NCBI GenBank assembly: GCA_039630575.1
Contig: JBCNUW010000017.1
Coordinates: forward strand, 1 to 43,020
From: Candidatus Hydrothermales bacterium
GTDB taxonomy: Bacteria > Hydrothermota > Hydrothermia > Hydrothermales > JAJRUZ01
Reading direction: 5' to 3'
DNA: 43,020 nt
A model generated the notes under the pieces. It did no database searches, was not told the DNA's origin, and saw only the letters and a program-made list of their open reading frames with translations. Positions 1 through 10,112 of the stretch are shown here, in pieces; the first letter of the stretch is position 1; each line of letters starts with the position of its first letter. The translations under genes and the position numbers were made by a program.

Positions 1-615
1 TTTATCATAATTGCAAGAAATATATATATCTTCCGCATAGCCAGGTGTATCATAAAAGCCTACTTGATAAGGATTTGACGGATTAGAAACATCTATTATC
101 CTTAAACCAGCATCATAATCAGCAACATAAGCATAATTGCCAGAAACATAAACATCTTCCGCATAGCCAGGTGTAAAATAATAACCAAGTCTCACAGGAT
201 TTGTAGCTTGTGAAACATCCCATATCTCAATACCTCCTGCATATGCTGCAATATAAAGCCTTTGAGTCGATTGATGATAAAATAATCCAAAAACCAACCC
301 ACGAGTGCGAATTTCTCCAATTTTAACTGGATTTGAAGGATCTGAAACATTTAAAATATACACACCACCTCCAGAACCACAGAAAACAAAAGCTCTTAAA
401 GGATCATATGCTACTGCATAGGATGGTCCAAATGGCCAGTTTCCAATAAACTTTGTATTTAATGAATCAAAACCCGCTAAAACCTGTAAATCCTTAAATC
501 CATCAAATTGTCCACCTCTTGGCCTTTGAGCCACTTCTTCCACCCTATAAATCCCTTCCGCTGAAATTTCACATATTATAAAACCTATGTAAAACATTTT
601 TATTAGTTTTTTCAT
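1..615 (-). CDS. LVIVD-repeat (beta-propeller) exported protein, 3' end runs off the window
   Basis: Not in the ORF track; translated by hand. ATG at 615 after an AAGGGGGA SD. Starts MKKLIKMFYIGFIICEISAEG and contains GVYILNVSDPSNPVKIG, GIEIWDVSQATNPVRLG and YAYVADYDAGLRIIDVSNPSNPYQVGFYDTPG. The frame is open to position 1. Confidence 0.9.
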   Translation of the reverse strand, partial: MKKLIKMFYIGFIICEISAEGIYRVEEVAQRPRGGQFDGFKDLQVLAGFDSLNTKFIGNWPFGPSYAVAYDPLRAFVFCGSGGGVYILNVSDPSNPVKIGEIRTRGLVFGLFYHQSTQRLYIAAYAGGIEIWDVSQATNPVRLGYYFTPGYAEDVYVSGNYAYVADYDAGLRIIDVSNPSNPYQVGFYDTPGYAEDIYISCNYDK

Positions 616-641
616 TAATCCCCCTTTCGTTTTCTCAAAAA

Positions 642-670
642 ATTATAAACCATAAATAGATTTTTTTCAA
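642..670 (-). promoter_or_regulatory. sigma70-type promoter of the LVIVD gene
   Basis: Minus strand TTGAAA (670-665), 17 bp, TATAAT (647-642); an SD-containing leader follows. Confidence 0.7.
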
Positions 671-951
671 TCAAAAAAAATAGCAGACTCTCAAAAAGAT
701 TTTAACTTCAATAAATGGTAAATCTTATTTATCCCCCAAAAAATTTTTATAGCTTTCACACCTTATTCATAAAAAATCAGATAATTCCCGTCTTTTTTCT
801 CTGCAAAAATTTTTTTAATTTTTTAGTTTTCATAATTATTTTCATCTCTCTAAAATTTTATGAAAGTTAGAGATAGGTTATTGAAAACTAATATTGATAA
901 ACTCTCACATTCTAAACCCCTTAACTTTTTTTCCTAAATAAAAATTAATTT

Positions 952-3663
952 TTAAAATTCACCACATATACCTCTATAAGGACAATAACTACAAAACCAA
1001 CTGCTTGAATCTGGCTCAAAAGGAATATTCTCATCATAAATCTCATTTAAAATACTTTCTAAAATCTCATCTATTTTAGAAATACTCAGAAATTTTTCAC
1101 CATTCCCCCTTTGCTCTATTTCAAAATCTATAACATCTCCTGTTGCAAAGATATAATAGGCACCTTTTCTGACATCAAGTCCAAGTGTTTTATTAACTAT
1201 TAAAGCATAAAGAGGAACTTGAAAACTTCTTAAACTTTCCCTTATTTCCCCTCTTTTTAAATTCTTTAAAACCTTAGGTCTTCCCAAGTTCCCCTTTGAT
1301 ATCTTATAATCAATAATTTTTAAAGATTCTTCAACTTGATCAACTCTATCAATAACTCCCTTTATTTTAACCTTAAAATCTTTAACTTCTTTTTCAAAAT
1401 TAACTTTTAACTCAAGAAATTTTAAAATTCCAAAATCTGCTCTTGCTACCCTCTCAACAAATTTTTTAGCCTTAAGTTTTAAATAACTTTTTCTCAACCA
1501 CAAAATTTCTCTTTCTTTACCAAACCTTTCATCAAATTTTTGTGAAAAAAACTCCAAAAAAAACTTTTTCAAATTATCGTTCCACTTAATTTTTTTATTT
1601 AAGAAGTTTTCCCTATAAAAACTTTCAACTACTTCGTGGAAGAAAATCCCAAATGTTTTACTTTCAAAATCCTCTTCTATCTCCTTTAACTTTCTGTTTC
1701 CTACAATTGAAAACTCATAAAACCTAAACGGACAATTTATATATTCATCTATCTCTGTTACACTAAAACCCTCTTTAGCTTTTTCATAAAGCAACTCCAT
1801 CACTTTCTCACACTTTTCAACCACTTTTCTTTTCTCCTTTTTCAAAAGTATACTGTAAGTAAAAGTAGGAATTTCATCATATAAAACTCTTTTCTCCTTC
1901 TTCTCCTTTTCCCACAAAAGTCTCTGCACAAATCTCGATTCTGTAAAATCTTCATCACCTTCGGAACTGTAAAAAATAAGATAAACAAAAGGAGTATTTT
2001 CTACAATCTGATAAAAATAATAACTGTAGATAGATTCATTTTCTTTATAGGAAGGAAGACCAACAATCTTCCTCAAACTTTCAGGCAACAAAGGATCATA
2101 CTTATAACTTTTTGGATATATACCCTCTATAAGATCAAGAAAAAAAACTTTCTTAAAAGGAATAAGACGAGCTTCAAGAACTCCTAAAATTTGAATTCCC
2201 TTTAAAGGATCACCAGTTAAAGGTATTTCAAAATCTTCAAGACAAAATAAAATTATCTCCTTTACAGTCTCAATCCCAAATTTTTCATCAACTATTTCTA
2301 AATCTCTAAAACTATTTATTAACTCGTATGTCTCATTTAAAAGTATTTTAAAAAGTATGTTTTCATCCACTTCGATCTTATTGGATAAAATTAATATTAA
2401 TTCATTAAATTCCTCTATAAATTCCCTTAAAGTCTCTGTTTTTATAAATAATTTACTGATAATTGATAAGAAGGCTGAAGATAATCTAACATCAAAAATG
2501 TCGGAATAGGAAAAAAAAATTTTGCCCTTTTCTTCATTTAGTTCCTTCAATTTCTCTTCTAAAATTTGTACATCTTCTTGGAAATAGGATGCAAAATAGG
2601 GATGATAAACAAAATTAAGTAAAGAATTAAAATATACTCTGTCTTCTTTAACATTGAGTTTTGCTTCAAAGAAATTTTTTATCAATGAAAAAAAAGGAGT
2701 AAGTTTAAATGGATAACCCATAGTGATATTAAATTCAACATTCAAATCAGTACAAATCTCACCAAGAAGCATATCGAGTCTTGACGGATCAGGTACTATT
2801 ATTCCTATCTCTGCCTTATCCTCCATACCTTCTATTTCTTTTAGTTTTTCCCTTATAAAAATTGATTGAGAATAGAAATCTTTTACTTTTATAAAATTAA
2901 AAGAATTTTCTTTAGGCAAAGGCTCAACTGTTACACTTGATAAATTATTTCTCTCAATAAATTCAAAGATAGCCTTACTTTCCCTTGTTAATAAAAAGAA
3001 AATTTTAGAATTATATTTTTTTAAAATTTTTAAAATAAACTGCTCCTCAAGCGGCAAAAGTGCATAAAAACCTGCAAATATTATTTTTTTGTAAGGCAAC
3101 TCAAAATCAAAATCATTGAGTTTTTTAAACAAAAGCCCCTTATCAACTTTTTTTCTCTTATATATTTCCTCATAATACTCATCTTTTATCTCTGACAAAA
3201 CATCAAAGAAATTTTTTACATCGTCTTTAATCTCAGCATAATCTTTAAGAACTTTCAATTTATTAAAATCAACATCATTCATAACTAGTTCATTAATCCC
3301 TCTCAAAATTTTTTTACCCCAAGCAAAAAAATCCTTAAAAGCTTCTCCAAAAGTTTTTATCCCCTTTTTATCCAAAATTCTTTTTAAAATATATACAGCA
3401 TCTAAATCGTTAACAAAAGAAACATATTCTCTCTCACTTAATATCTTAAATGCAAACTCCTCAAAAGAAAATATAGAAGGTAAAATACAAGAAGTCCTCA
3501 ATCTTTCATAAAGAATTTTTTTTAAATAATAAGACGGTCTTTTATTTGGAAATACAACTACTACTTTTGAAAAATCTCTACCAAAATCTGCTATCTCCTC
3601 ACAAACCTTCTCCAACAAATTGGTAGGTGTTTTATATAAATAAACCTTAACATCAAAACTCAT
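952..3663 (-). CDS. addB: AddB-like inactive helicase / PD-(D/E)xK nuclease subunit with Fe-S cluster
   Basis: FPNKR N-terminal motif, GIQILGVLEAR, KGVIDRVD...IIDYK nuclease motif, and four Cys (CPFRF ... CSYCPYRGIC). Overlaps the adjacent UvrD-like gene. Confidence 0.85.
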   Translation of the reverse strand: MSFDVKVYLYKTPTNLLEKVCEEIADFGRDFSKVVVVFPNKRPSYYLKKILYERLRTSCILPSIFSFEEFAFKILSEREYVSFVNDLDAVYILKRILDKKGIKTFGEAFKDFFAWGKKILRGINELVMNDVDFNKLKVLKDYAEIKDDVKNFFDVLSEIKDEYYEEIYKRKKVDKGLLFKKLNDFDFELPYKKIIFAGFYALLPLEEQFILKILKKYNSKIFFLLTRESKAIFEFIERNNLSSVTVEPLPKENSFNFIKVKDFYSQSIFIREKLKEIEGMEDKAEIGIIVPDPSRLDMLLGEICTDLNVEFNITMGYPFKLTPFFSLIKNFFEAKLNVKEDRVYFNSLLNFVYHPYFASYFQEDVQILEEKLKELNEEKGKIFFSYSDIFDVRLSSAFLSIISKLFIKTETLREFIEEFNELILILSNKIEVDENILFKILLNETYELINSFRDLEIVDEKFGIETVKEIILFCLEDFEIPLTGDPLKGIQILGVLEARLIPFKKVFFLDLIEGIYPKSYKYDPLLPESLRKIVGLPSYKENESIYSYYFYQIVENTPFVYLIFYSSEGDEDFTESRFVQRLLWEKEKKEKRVLYDEIPTFTYSILLKKEKRKVVEKCEKVMELLYEKAKEGFSVTEIDEYINCPFRFYEFSIVGNRKLKEIEEDFESKTFGIFFHEVVESFYRENFLNKKIKWNDNLKKFFLEFFSQKFDERFGKEREILWLRKSYLKLKAKKFVERVARADFGILKFLELKVNFEKEVKDFKVKIKGVIDRVDQVEESLKIIDYKISKGNLGRPKVLKNLKRGEIRESLRSFQVPLYALIVNKTLGLDVRKGAYYIFATGDVIDFEIEQRGNGEKFLSISKIDEILESILNEIYDENIPFEPDSSSWFCSYCPYRGICGEF

Positions 3664-6376
3664 AAACTTCTTCCCTGTCTAAGTATACAAGATATCCCTT
3701 AACTTTTTTAGCAAATATTTTTTCTGCAATAACCATATAGCATTTTATCTGATCAAAATGAGATTTAAGTACCTCCTCACCTGTTTTAAATTCAATAACT
3801 TTTAAAACATCATCCAAAATTAGCCGATCAAAACGAAAAATCGCTCCATTATCATCCATAACCTCAAGTTCAGTCTCAACAGCACTGTCTGTGAAAAAAA
3901 ACTCTTTTAAAAAAGGTTTTGTTAACTTTGTCTCAAAGTAATCTATTTTTTCAAACAACTCTTCATCAAAATGCCTAAAACCTCTCCAAAAAATTTTTGC
4001 TTTCTCAAAACTTTCACTTAAAAGTTCCTTAAAATTCTCCTCCTTTAAATTCTTTATATTTGAAAGAACAAAATGAATCCATTCTCCCCTTGTAACCTCG
4101 CTGTGTCTTTTTACTACGCTTTCAAATTCACTTTTTACGAATAAATTTTTATGCAAATTTTTAACAGAAATAGGATTTTCCCTTTCCCATCTGATCATAT
4201 CATTGAATTTACCATCCTTTTTTTCACAAACTCTCTTTTCTCCAAAAGTATAAAGATCTTTCTCTCCAAAACGCTTCTTAAGGTAATTCATAACAAAATA
4301 ACTAAAAGTTTTTTTAAATTTACTTCCCAAAACAAAATAAATTTCTTCCCTTGCTCTCGTCAAAAGAACATAAAGTAAATTCAATTCCTGAATTATATTA
4401 AAAACATCATTATGTAACTTTACATCATTTTTAACTTCTCTTTTTAAATAAATCTCCTGTTTATCTAAAAATTTATCATTAACAATAAATTTACTCCTCT
4501 CTGCAAAAAGTGTCATTGGCGCAAAAAGAGAAATAACAACATCAAATTCAAGTCCCTTTGCCTTATGCAAAGTTAAAACTTTTATTGCATTTTCTGAAGA
4601 AGGTGAAAATATATACTCTGCTCTTTCAAACTTTCTAATAAATTCATAGGTAGATACATTTTCAACTTCTTGCGAAATTACCTTTAAAAGCGATAAAAGA
4701 TGAAAATAATCATCCTTGAATCTCTTCGATATGTTAAAAAGATAGTCAAATTCCAATAGTAAATAATAAAGAGAGAAATTTTTATGTAAATTTTTAAAAT
4801 ATTTATAAGCAAAATCAAAACTCGGAAAAATTTTACAAAATTTAAATAAATCTTTATTCTCCGAAAGAATAAATTTTTTAACATCTTTTTCATCTAAAGA
4901 AAAAATTTTAGTAAAATACTCTGTCTGCAATAAATTCAACAAACTATGTATATCTCTCTCATTTATTAAAATCTTCAAAAAATAATAAATTGTTTTTAAA
5001 AGAGGTAAACTTTCAATACTTATATTGTAAGATGTAAATACAGGATAACCCTTTGAAAGTAAGTAATTGACAACTCTTTGGCAGTCTGAATTTAACCTTT
5101 CAAGTATTGCAATATCACCTAAACTCCTTTTTCTTTTATTTAAATCATCAAGAATTAAATCAAGATAACTTAAAATTTCTTCCTCTGCAATAATCTTAGA
5201 TCCCTTAATCACTTTAAATTCTATATAACCCTTATAAGGTTTTAGCTCATCAGCAATTTGTTTTACATTTCTATAAACTTTGATAACTTCATTGAAATAC
5301 TTTAAATAATTATTCTTTTTTTTGTCATCAGATAATACTTTAAAATATTCACTCAAATTAGTGATGTCAAAAAGATCATTTACAAATTCTACAATTATCT
5401 TTCCACTCCTTTTATTTTCACTTAAATATTCAAAACTAAACTCGTTTTCCTCTATTTTTCCTTTAAAATCACCATGAATAACATCAAATAGTTCCCATCT
5501 TGTGCCTCTCCATCTATATATTGACTGTTTAGGATCACCTACATAAAAAAAAGTTCCTTTGTTTCCCTCCATATCATATCCAGAGAGTGCATTTTCAATT
5601 AGAGGCTTTAAATTATTCCATTGTATTAAACTTGTATCCTGAAACTCATCAATTAAAAAATGATAAAATTTTTCCCCAAGCTTAAAAAATAAATAGGGAA
5701 CTTTAGATTTTAAAACATATTCGTATAAAAGATTTGAAATATCAGAAAGAAAAATAACTTTATCCTTTTTCTTGTTACTATTAAGTTGAGATTTCAAAGT
5801 AAAGAAAAACTCCCTATAAATTATAGGATTAAAATCATAATTCGGTAACAAAACACTCTCATTTTCTATAAAATCTCTAAAATACTCTTCAATACTTCTA
5901 TATGGATCTAAAGACTCAGAGAAATCAGATAAATATTTTAAGAAATTAATAACAGTATCTTTTAATCTATCACATAAACTAGCTTTAACTAAAAACTCAT
6001 CCATAACCTCTTTAATTCTTTTCATCACATTCTCCTCAATTTTAGGTTCAGGAGGCAAAGAAAGATCAAGAGCAGAACTCTTTAAAAGTGAATATAAAAA
6101 AGCATCTATGGTCTTTACTGAAAAATCAGAAAAATTTTCTATGATACCATCCTTTCCGTCAATCACCTCATAAATAAAATCATCTCCTTTAAAGGCTCTT
6201 TCTTTTAAGCATCTCAAAATCCTCCTCTTCATCTCTTCACTTGCATTATTAGTGAACGTTATAGCCAATATCCTATTAAACTTTACTTTATTACTTATAA
6301 GCTCAATATACCTATCAACTATACTTTTTGTTTTTCCCCCTCCTGCCGAGGACTCTATTCTTATAAACCTTTTCAT
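3653..6376 (-). CDS. addA: AddA-like UvrD/SF1 helicase-nuclease
   Basis: SAGGGKT Walker A, AITFTNNA, LIDEFQDTS, VGDPKQSIYRWRG, TLHKAKGLEF, LLYVLLTRA, and a C-terminal RFDRL...IEFKTG nuclease. Confidence 0.88.
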   Translation of the reverse strand: MKRFIRIESSAGGGKTKSIVDRYIELISNKVKFNRILAITFTNNASEEMKRRILRCLKERAFKGDDFIYEVIDGKDGIIENFSDFSVKTIDAFLYSLLKSSALDLSLPPEPKIEENVMKRIKEVMDEFLVKASLCDRLKDTVINFLKYLSDFSESLDPYRSIEEYFRDFIENESVLLPNYDFNPIIYREFFFTLKSQLNSNKKKDKVIFLSDISNLLYEYVLKSKVPYLFFKLGEKFYHFLIDEFQDTSLIQWNNLKPLIENALSGYDMEGNKGTFFYVGDPKQSIYRWRGTRWELFDVIHGDFKGKIEENEFSFEYLSENKRSGKIIVEFVNDLFDITNLSEYFKVLSDDKKKNNYLKYFNEVIKVYRNVKQIADELKPYKGYIEFKVIKGSKIIAEEEILSYLDLILDDLNKRKRSLGDIAILERLNSDCQRVVNYLLSKGYPVFTSYNISIESLPLLKTIYYFLKILINERDIHSLLNLLQTEYFTKIFSLDEKDVKKFILSENKDLFKFCKIFPSFDFAYKYFKNLHKNFSLYYLLLEFDYLFNISKRFKDDYFHLLSLLKVISQEVENVSTYEFIRKFERAEYIFSPSSENAIKVLTLHKAKGLEFDVVISLFAPMTLFAERSKFIVNDKFLDKQEIYLKREVKNDVKLHNDVFNIIQELNLLYVLLTRAREEIYFVLGSKFKKTFSYFVMNYLKKRFGEKDLYTFGEKRVCEKKDGKFNDMIRWERENPISVKNLHKNLFVKSEFESVVKRHSEVTRGEWIHFVLSNIKNLKEENFKELLSESFEKAKIFWRGFRHFDEELFEKIDYFETKLTKPFLKEFFFTDSAVETELEVMDDNGAIFRFDRLILDDVLKVIEFKTGEEVLKSHFDQIKCYMVIAEKIFAKKVKGYLVYLDREEVYEF

Positions 6377-7269
6377 CTCAAAATATTAAATACTTTAACA
6401 ACCTCTTCTAAATTAATTTTTCTTAAACATTCATAGGTTCCAAACATGCATACCCTTTTAAAACAAGGAGAACAGGAAATTTTTTTATAAAAGATAAATA
6501 CATTTTCACCAAGCGGCTTAGTCCAAAGAGGTAAAGTCGATCCAAAAAAAACAAAAACTTTTTTTCCCAAAGCAGAAGCAATATGAGCAATACCAGAATC
6601 ATTACTAAAAACATATTTAGACTCAGAAATAATCTTTAAAATATCACTTAAATTTGTTTTCTCTCTTAAATCAACAACTCCTTTAGGATAACTTTCTTCT
6701 TTCCTTTTACCGACAATGAGAACTTCAAATCCCTCTTTTAAAAGAAATTTAGCAAGATCTTTGAAAAAAAGCCATTCCTTGGTCTTACCATAACTTGCCT
6801 GTGGAGCAATTATAACTAAATCGTTTTTTTCATCTACTTTAATTTTATCAAAATTTGGAATAAAATTATTAAAATTTTCTTCAAGCCCAATTAATCTTAA
6901 AAAACTTTTTAAAAGATGTTCTCTTTTGATATAAAAGCTTGAAACCTTATGAGTTAAAATAAACCCCCTGTTATCACTATCTATACCAACTCTAAACTTA
7001 ATACCAGCTAAAAAAGGGAAAAAAGCTGATGAAAAGGAAAAGGGAAGTATAAATATTTTCTCAAAACCTATGTTCTTAAAATGTTTTAAAATTTTGAAGT
7101 AATCCTTATAACTTTTAAAACCAAAAAAATTGTAATCATAGAAAATATCTTTAAGATACTCTTTTCCTATTACAAAAATTTCACTATCAACATTTTCCTT
7201 TAAAGCCCTGAGAAAGCCCCTTGAAATAACAGCATCACCAATCCAGTTTGGAATTCTTACTAATATCAA
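6373..7269 (-). CDS. waaF: LPS heptosyltransferase II (GT9)
   Basis: RIPNWIGDAV, SNDSGIAHIASALG, C-terminal CSPCFKRVC; TTG start. Confidence 0.85.
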   Translation of the reverse strand: MILVRIPNWIGDAVISRGFLRALKENVDSEIFVIGKEYLKDIFYDYNFFGFKSYKDYFKILKHFKNIGFEKIFILPFSFSSAFFPFLAGIKFRVGIDSDNRGFILTHKVSSFYIKREHLLKSFLRLIGLEENFNNFIPNFDKIKVDEKNDLVIIAPQASYGKTKEWLFFKDLAKFLLKEGFEVLIVGKRKEESYPKGVVDLREKTNLSDILKIISESKYVFSNDSGIAHIASALGKKVFVFFGSTLPLWTKPLGENVFIFYKKISCSPCFKRVCMFGTYECLRKINLEEVVKVFNILR

Positions 7270-7270
7270 C

Positions 7271-8305
7271 TTATAAGCTTAAAGGTAAAAGGAAATAAAA
7301 TTTAGAGCCTTTACCAGGCTCAGACTCTACACAAACCTCAGAACCATGAGCTTCTATGATTTCTTTTGTAATCGCTAAACCTAACCCCATGCCAGTTTTT
7401 TTTGTTCTTGCCTCTCTACCTTGAAAATAAGGCTTAAAAATATAGGGTAATTCTTCCTTACTTATCCCAGAACCTGTGTCAACTACAGAAATTTTAATTT
7501 TGTTATCAATTTTTTCTGTTTCAATACTAACCTTTCCACCAGCTTCAGTAAAATTTAAAGCATTTACTACAAGGTTGGTTATTGCTGTTTTCAAAGCCTC
7601 CGGATCACCAACAACTGTACTTGGAAATGGTGGAATATTCATAGTAAAATTAATTCCCTTTTCATGAGCAGTTGCTAAATTCTCTTCGTATATCTCAAAA
7701 ATTAATTCACTTATATCAAAAATTTTAAATTCAAAAGAAGTGGGATAAATACCACCTTTTGCTGCAGAAACAAACTTATTTATAAGCGCCTCAAGACGGG
7801 AAACTGCTCTTAAAACTTTTTCTATGTAATCGAGTTTTTTAAAATCACTTTCTTTTTTCAAAAGTAAATTAATGTACCCCTTAATTACTGAAATAGGAGT
7901 AAAAATTTCATGTGTTATCTTAGAAAGGAAAGAAAGTCTGTATTCTTCCAAAATCTTTTTTTCCCTTAATAATTTCGTTTCTTCAGCAAGTTTATCCCTG
8001 AACTCTATTATGAATCTTTTAAGATCATCATTCTTTTTAAGAACAATATCAGGAATATCTCTTTCATAATCCATTTTTATAATCCAATTTAAAAAGTAAA
8101 AAAACCTCTTAATTTCAATATACAAAAGATAAGTGGAGTAAAGATAAAAAGAAAAAAAGATAAAGAAAAAAATTGGTCGATAATGGAGAACAAAAAAAAT
8201 TGAGAGTATAGCAGAAAAAAAAGAAAGTAAAACTAATAATGAAAATCTGAATACAAATTTTTTTCTAAACTTTAAAAGAAACACCTTCTGATATTTTAAA
8301 GGCAA
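7271..8305 (-). CDS. Membrane sensor histidine kinase (HisKA + HATPase), no adjacent response regulator
   Basis: Two hydrophobic helices, THEIFTP H-box, NLVVNA, DTGSGI, GMGLGL. Start is uncertain (TTG 8305 or GTG 8284). Confidence 0.88.
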   Translation of the reverse strand: MPLKYQKVFLLKFRKKFVFRFSLLVLLSFFSAILSIFFVLHYRPIFFFIFFSFYLYSTYLLYIEIKRFFYFLNWIIKMDYERDIPDIVLKKNDDLKRFIIEFRDKLAEETKLLREKKILEEYRLSFLSKITHEIFTPISVIKGYINLLLKKESDFKKLDYIEKVLRAVSRLEALINKFVSAAKGGIYPTSFEFKIFDISELIFEIYEENLATAHEKGINFTMNIPPFPSTVVGDPEALKTAITNLVVNALNFTEAGGKVSIETEKIDNKIKISVVDTGSGISKEELPYIFKPYFQGREARTKKTGMGLGLAITKEIIEAHGSEVCVESEPGKGSKFYFLLPLSL

Positions 8306-9035
8306 TATTCTTAAAAAGCAAAAATCCTGGCTCTTTATCTAATTCAAAAACTAAGGGAATTTGGAATCTTTCAAAAACTCTTTCAGGATGTGGCATCATC
8401 CCTAAAATCTTTCCTTTATAATCTGTTATACCTGCTATAGAATTTACAGAACCATTTGGATTAAATGGATATAAATTCGCTTGATTACCATCCTTATCCA
8501 CATATCTAAAAGCAACCATTCTGTTTTTCTCAAGATATTCAATTATACTTTTATCTGCATAAAACCTTCCCTCACCGTGAGCTATAGGAAAAGGGTTTAT
8601 CCCTTTAAGACCATTAACAAAAATACTATCTCCTTCACCCTTCAAAAAAATCCATCTATCTTCAAATTCACCATTTTCGTTTCTTAAAAGATAAGCCCAA
8701 ACCTTTCCATCAAAGAAGGGCAAAATTCCGGCTCTCAGAAGAACTTGAAAACCGTTACATATTCCTATTATATATCCCCCATCTTCATAAAATTTCTTTA
8801 TAGCATGCCAGAGCTTCTCCTTGATATAATAAGCAAATACCTTCCCAGCCTTTATGTAATCACCAAAAGAAAAACCACCAGGGAAAACTAATAGTTTTGA
8901 ATTTAAAATAAAAGAAGGATTAGATAGCCACTTTTTTAATAAAAGTATATCGGCTCTTAACCCAACCTTTTTAAGAGCATATAACGTTTCTTCATCACAA
9001 TTAGTACCTGGAGCAAAAATTACATAGGCATCCAT
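8265..9035 (-). CDS. purQ: Phosphoribosylformylglycinamidine synthase glutaminase subunit
   Basis: PGTNCDEE, PGGFSFGD, GICNGFQ, AHGEGR, NPNGS, MMPHPER. Confidence 0.95.
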   Translation of the reverse strand: MDAYVIFAPGTNCDEETLYALKKVGLRADILLLKKWLSNPSFILNSKLLVFPGGFSFGDYIKAGKVFAYYIKEKLWHAIKKFYEDGGYIIGICNGFQVLLRAGILPFFDGKVWAYLLRNENGEFEDRWIFLKGEGDSIFVNGLKGINPFPIAHGEGRFYADKSIIEYLEKNRMVAFRYVDKDGNQANLYPFNPNGSVNSIAGITDYKGKILGMMPHPERVFERFQIPLVFELDKEPGFLLFKNIAFKISEGVSFKV

Positions 9036-9043
9036 CTTTTAAC

Positions 9044-10081
9044 TCATCTCTTTGTTACCTCACCCACTAGCCTTACCTTATCACCAACTTTTATTCCCGT
9101 CTTCGCAACAGATCTTACATAACAGGTTGATGAAAAATCTGATGTATTTAAAACTTGAACAGTTCCCATAAATATGTAAGGTAATTTTATATCTTTCGAT
9201 GTCTGGGGATCCTTCACCACCTCTCCTTCTCTGTAAATTTCAAAAAGATCCCCAATTTTCACTCCGTCGTTTCTTCCTACATCGATAAAGACAATCTTAA
9301 AAGGAACAATTTCTGTCTCTGAACCCTCCTTTACAAAAACAATCTCTGCCTCAATTTTTCTATCCTTTATAGGGGATATCCTAACATCAGTTGGAATTTC
9401 AGGGAATTCAATCTCTTTAAAGTAATTCTTTTCATTTGAATAAATAATCTCATAAGTCTTCTCAAGCAAAACAAGAGAAGATCTTTCCTCTGTTTTCTGA
9501 ACCTTTATCACACCAAGAGGTAAAACCAAAATCCCAAGAGAAATACCCCTTCTTTTTGATTTAATTTCTTCTCCAAGTTTAAAAACAAGAAATTTGTCAT
9601 CAACTTTAATACCATCTAAATTCCCCTTATTTATATAAAGCTTATCCCAAAAGAAAAATTTCTCTTTATCCTCCTCTGAACCAATTAGCATACCAACATA
9701 GGAAATTTTATTTTTAGGAATTATCAAACCTGAGGACAAAACAAGATCTCTCGCAACAGCTGGAACAGGAGGTGCTACTACCTTTATTTCAACTTCCTCA
9801 CGAGGTACTATAGGTTTTCTTTCAACTACTTTAGCTTCGTAAACCGGGTAAAGAACACCTTCAATAGGTGGAATTTCAGGAATAAAAAATTCCTGGCCAG
9901 GATATATCCAATGAGGATCCATTATTTTGTCTATATTTACTTTCCAAATTGCAACCCAAAAAAATGGATTACCATAATAATGTGCAGCAATATCCCACAA
10001 TGTGTCACCTTTTTTTACAATGTGAACCCTTTCTCCCTGAAATAGAAGGAAGATGAACAAAAAAGAAATGTATTTTTTCAT
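9044..10081 (-). CDS. Secreted LysM peptidoglycan-binding protein with two FlgT-C-like beta domains (TsaP-like)
   Basis: Signal-like N-terminus; HIVKKGDTLWDIA...DPHWIYPGQ LysM; repeats LYINKGNLDGIKVDDKF and VFIDVGRNDGVKIGDLF. Confidence 0.8.
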   Translation of the reverse strand: MKKYISFLFIFLLFQGERVHIVKKGDTLWDIAAHYYGNPFFWVAIWKVNIDKIMDPHWIYPGQEFFIPEIPPIEGVLYPVYEAKVVERKPIVPREEVEIKVVAPPVPAVARDLVLSSGLIIPKNKISYVGMLIGSEEDKEKFFFWDKLYINKGNLDGIKVDDKFLVFKLGEEIKSKRRGISLGILVLPLGVIKVQKTEERSSLVLLEKTYEIIYSNEKNYFKEIEFPEIPTDVRISPIKDRKIEAEIVFVKEGSETEIVPFKIVFIDVGRNDGVKIGDLFEIYREGEVVKDPQTSKDIKLPYIFMGTVQVLNTSDFSSTCYVRSVAKTGIKVGDKVRLVGEVTKR

Positions 10082-10112
10082 GACACAAAAAATTTAATAA
10101 GGAATTGAACCA

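Noticed and set aside
680..950. Intergenic stretch between addB and the LVIVD promoter
   Set aside because: Only short interrupted frames; no recognisable RNA, repeat or terminator.
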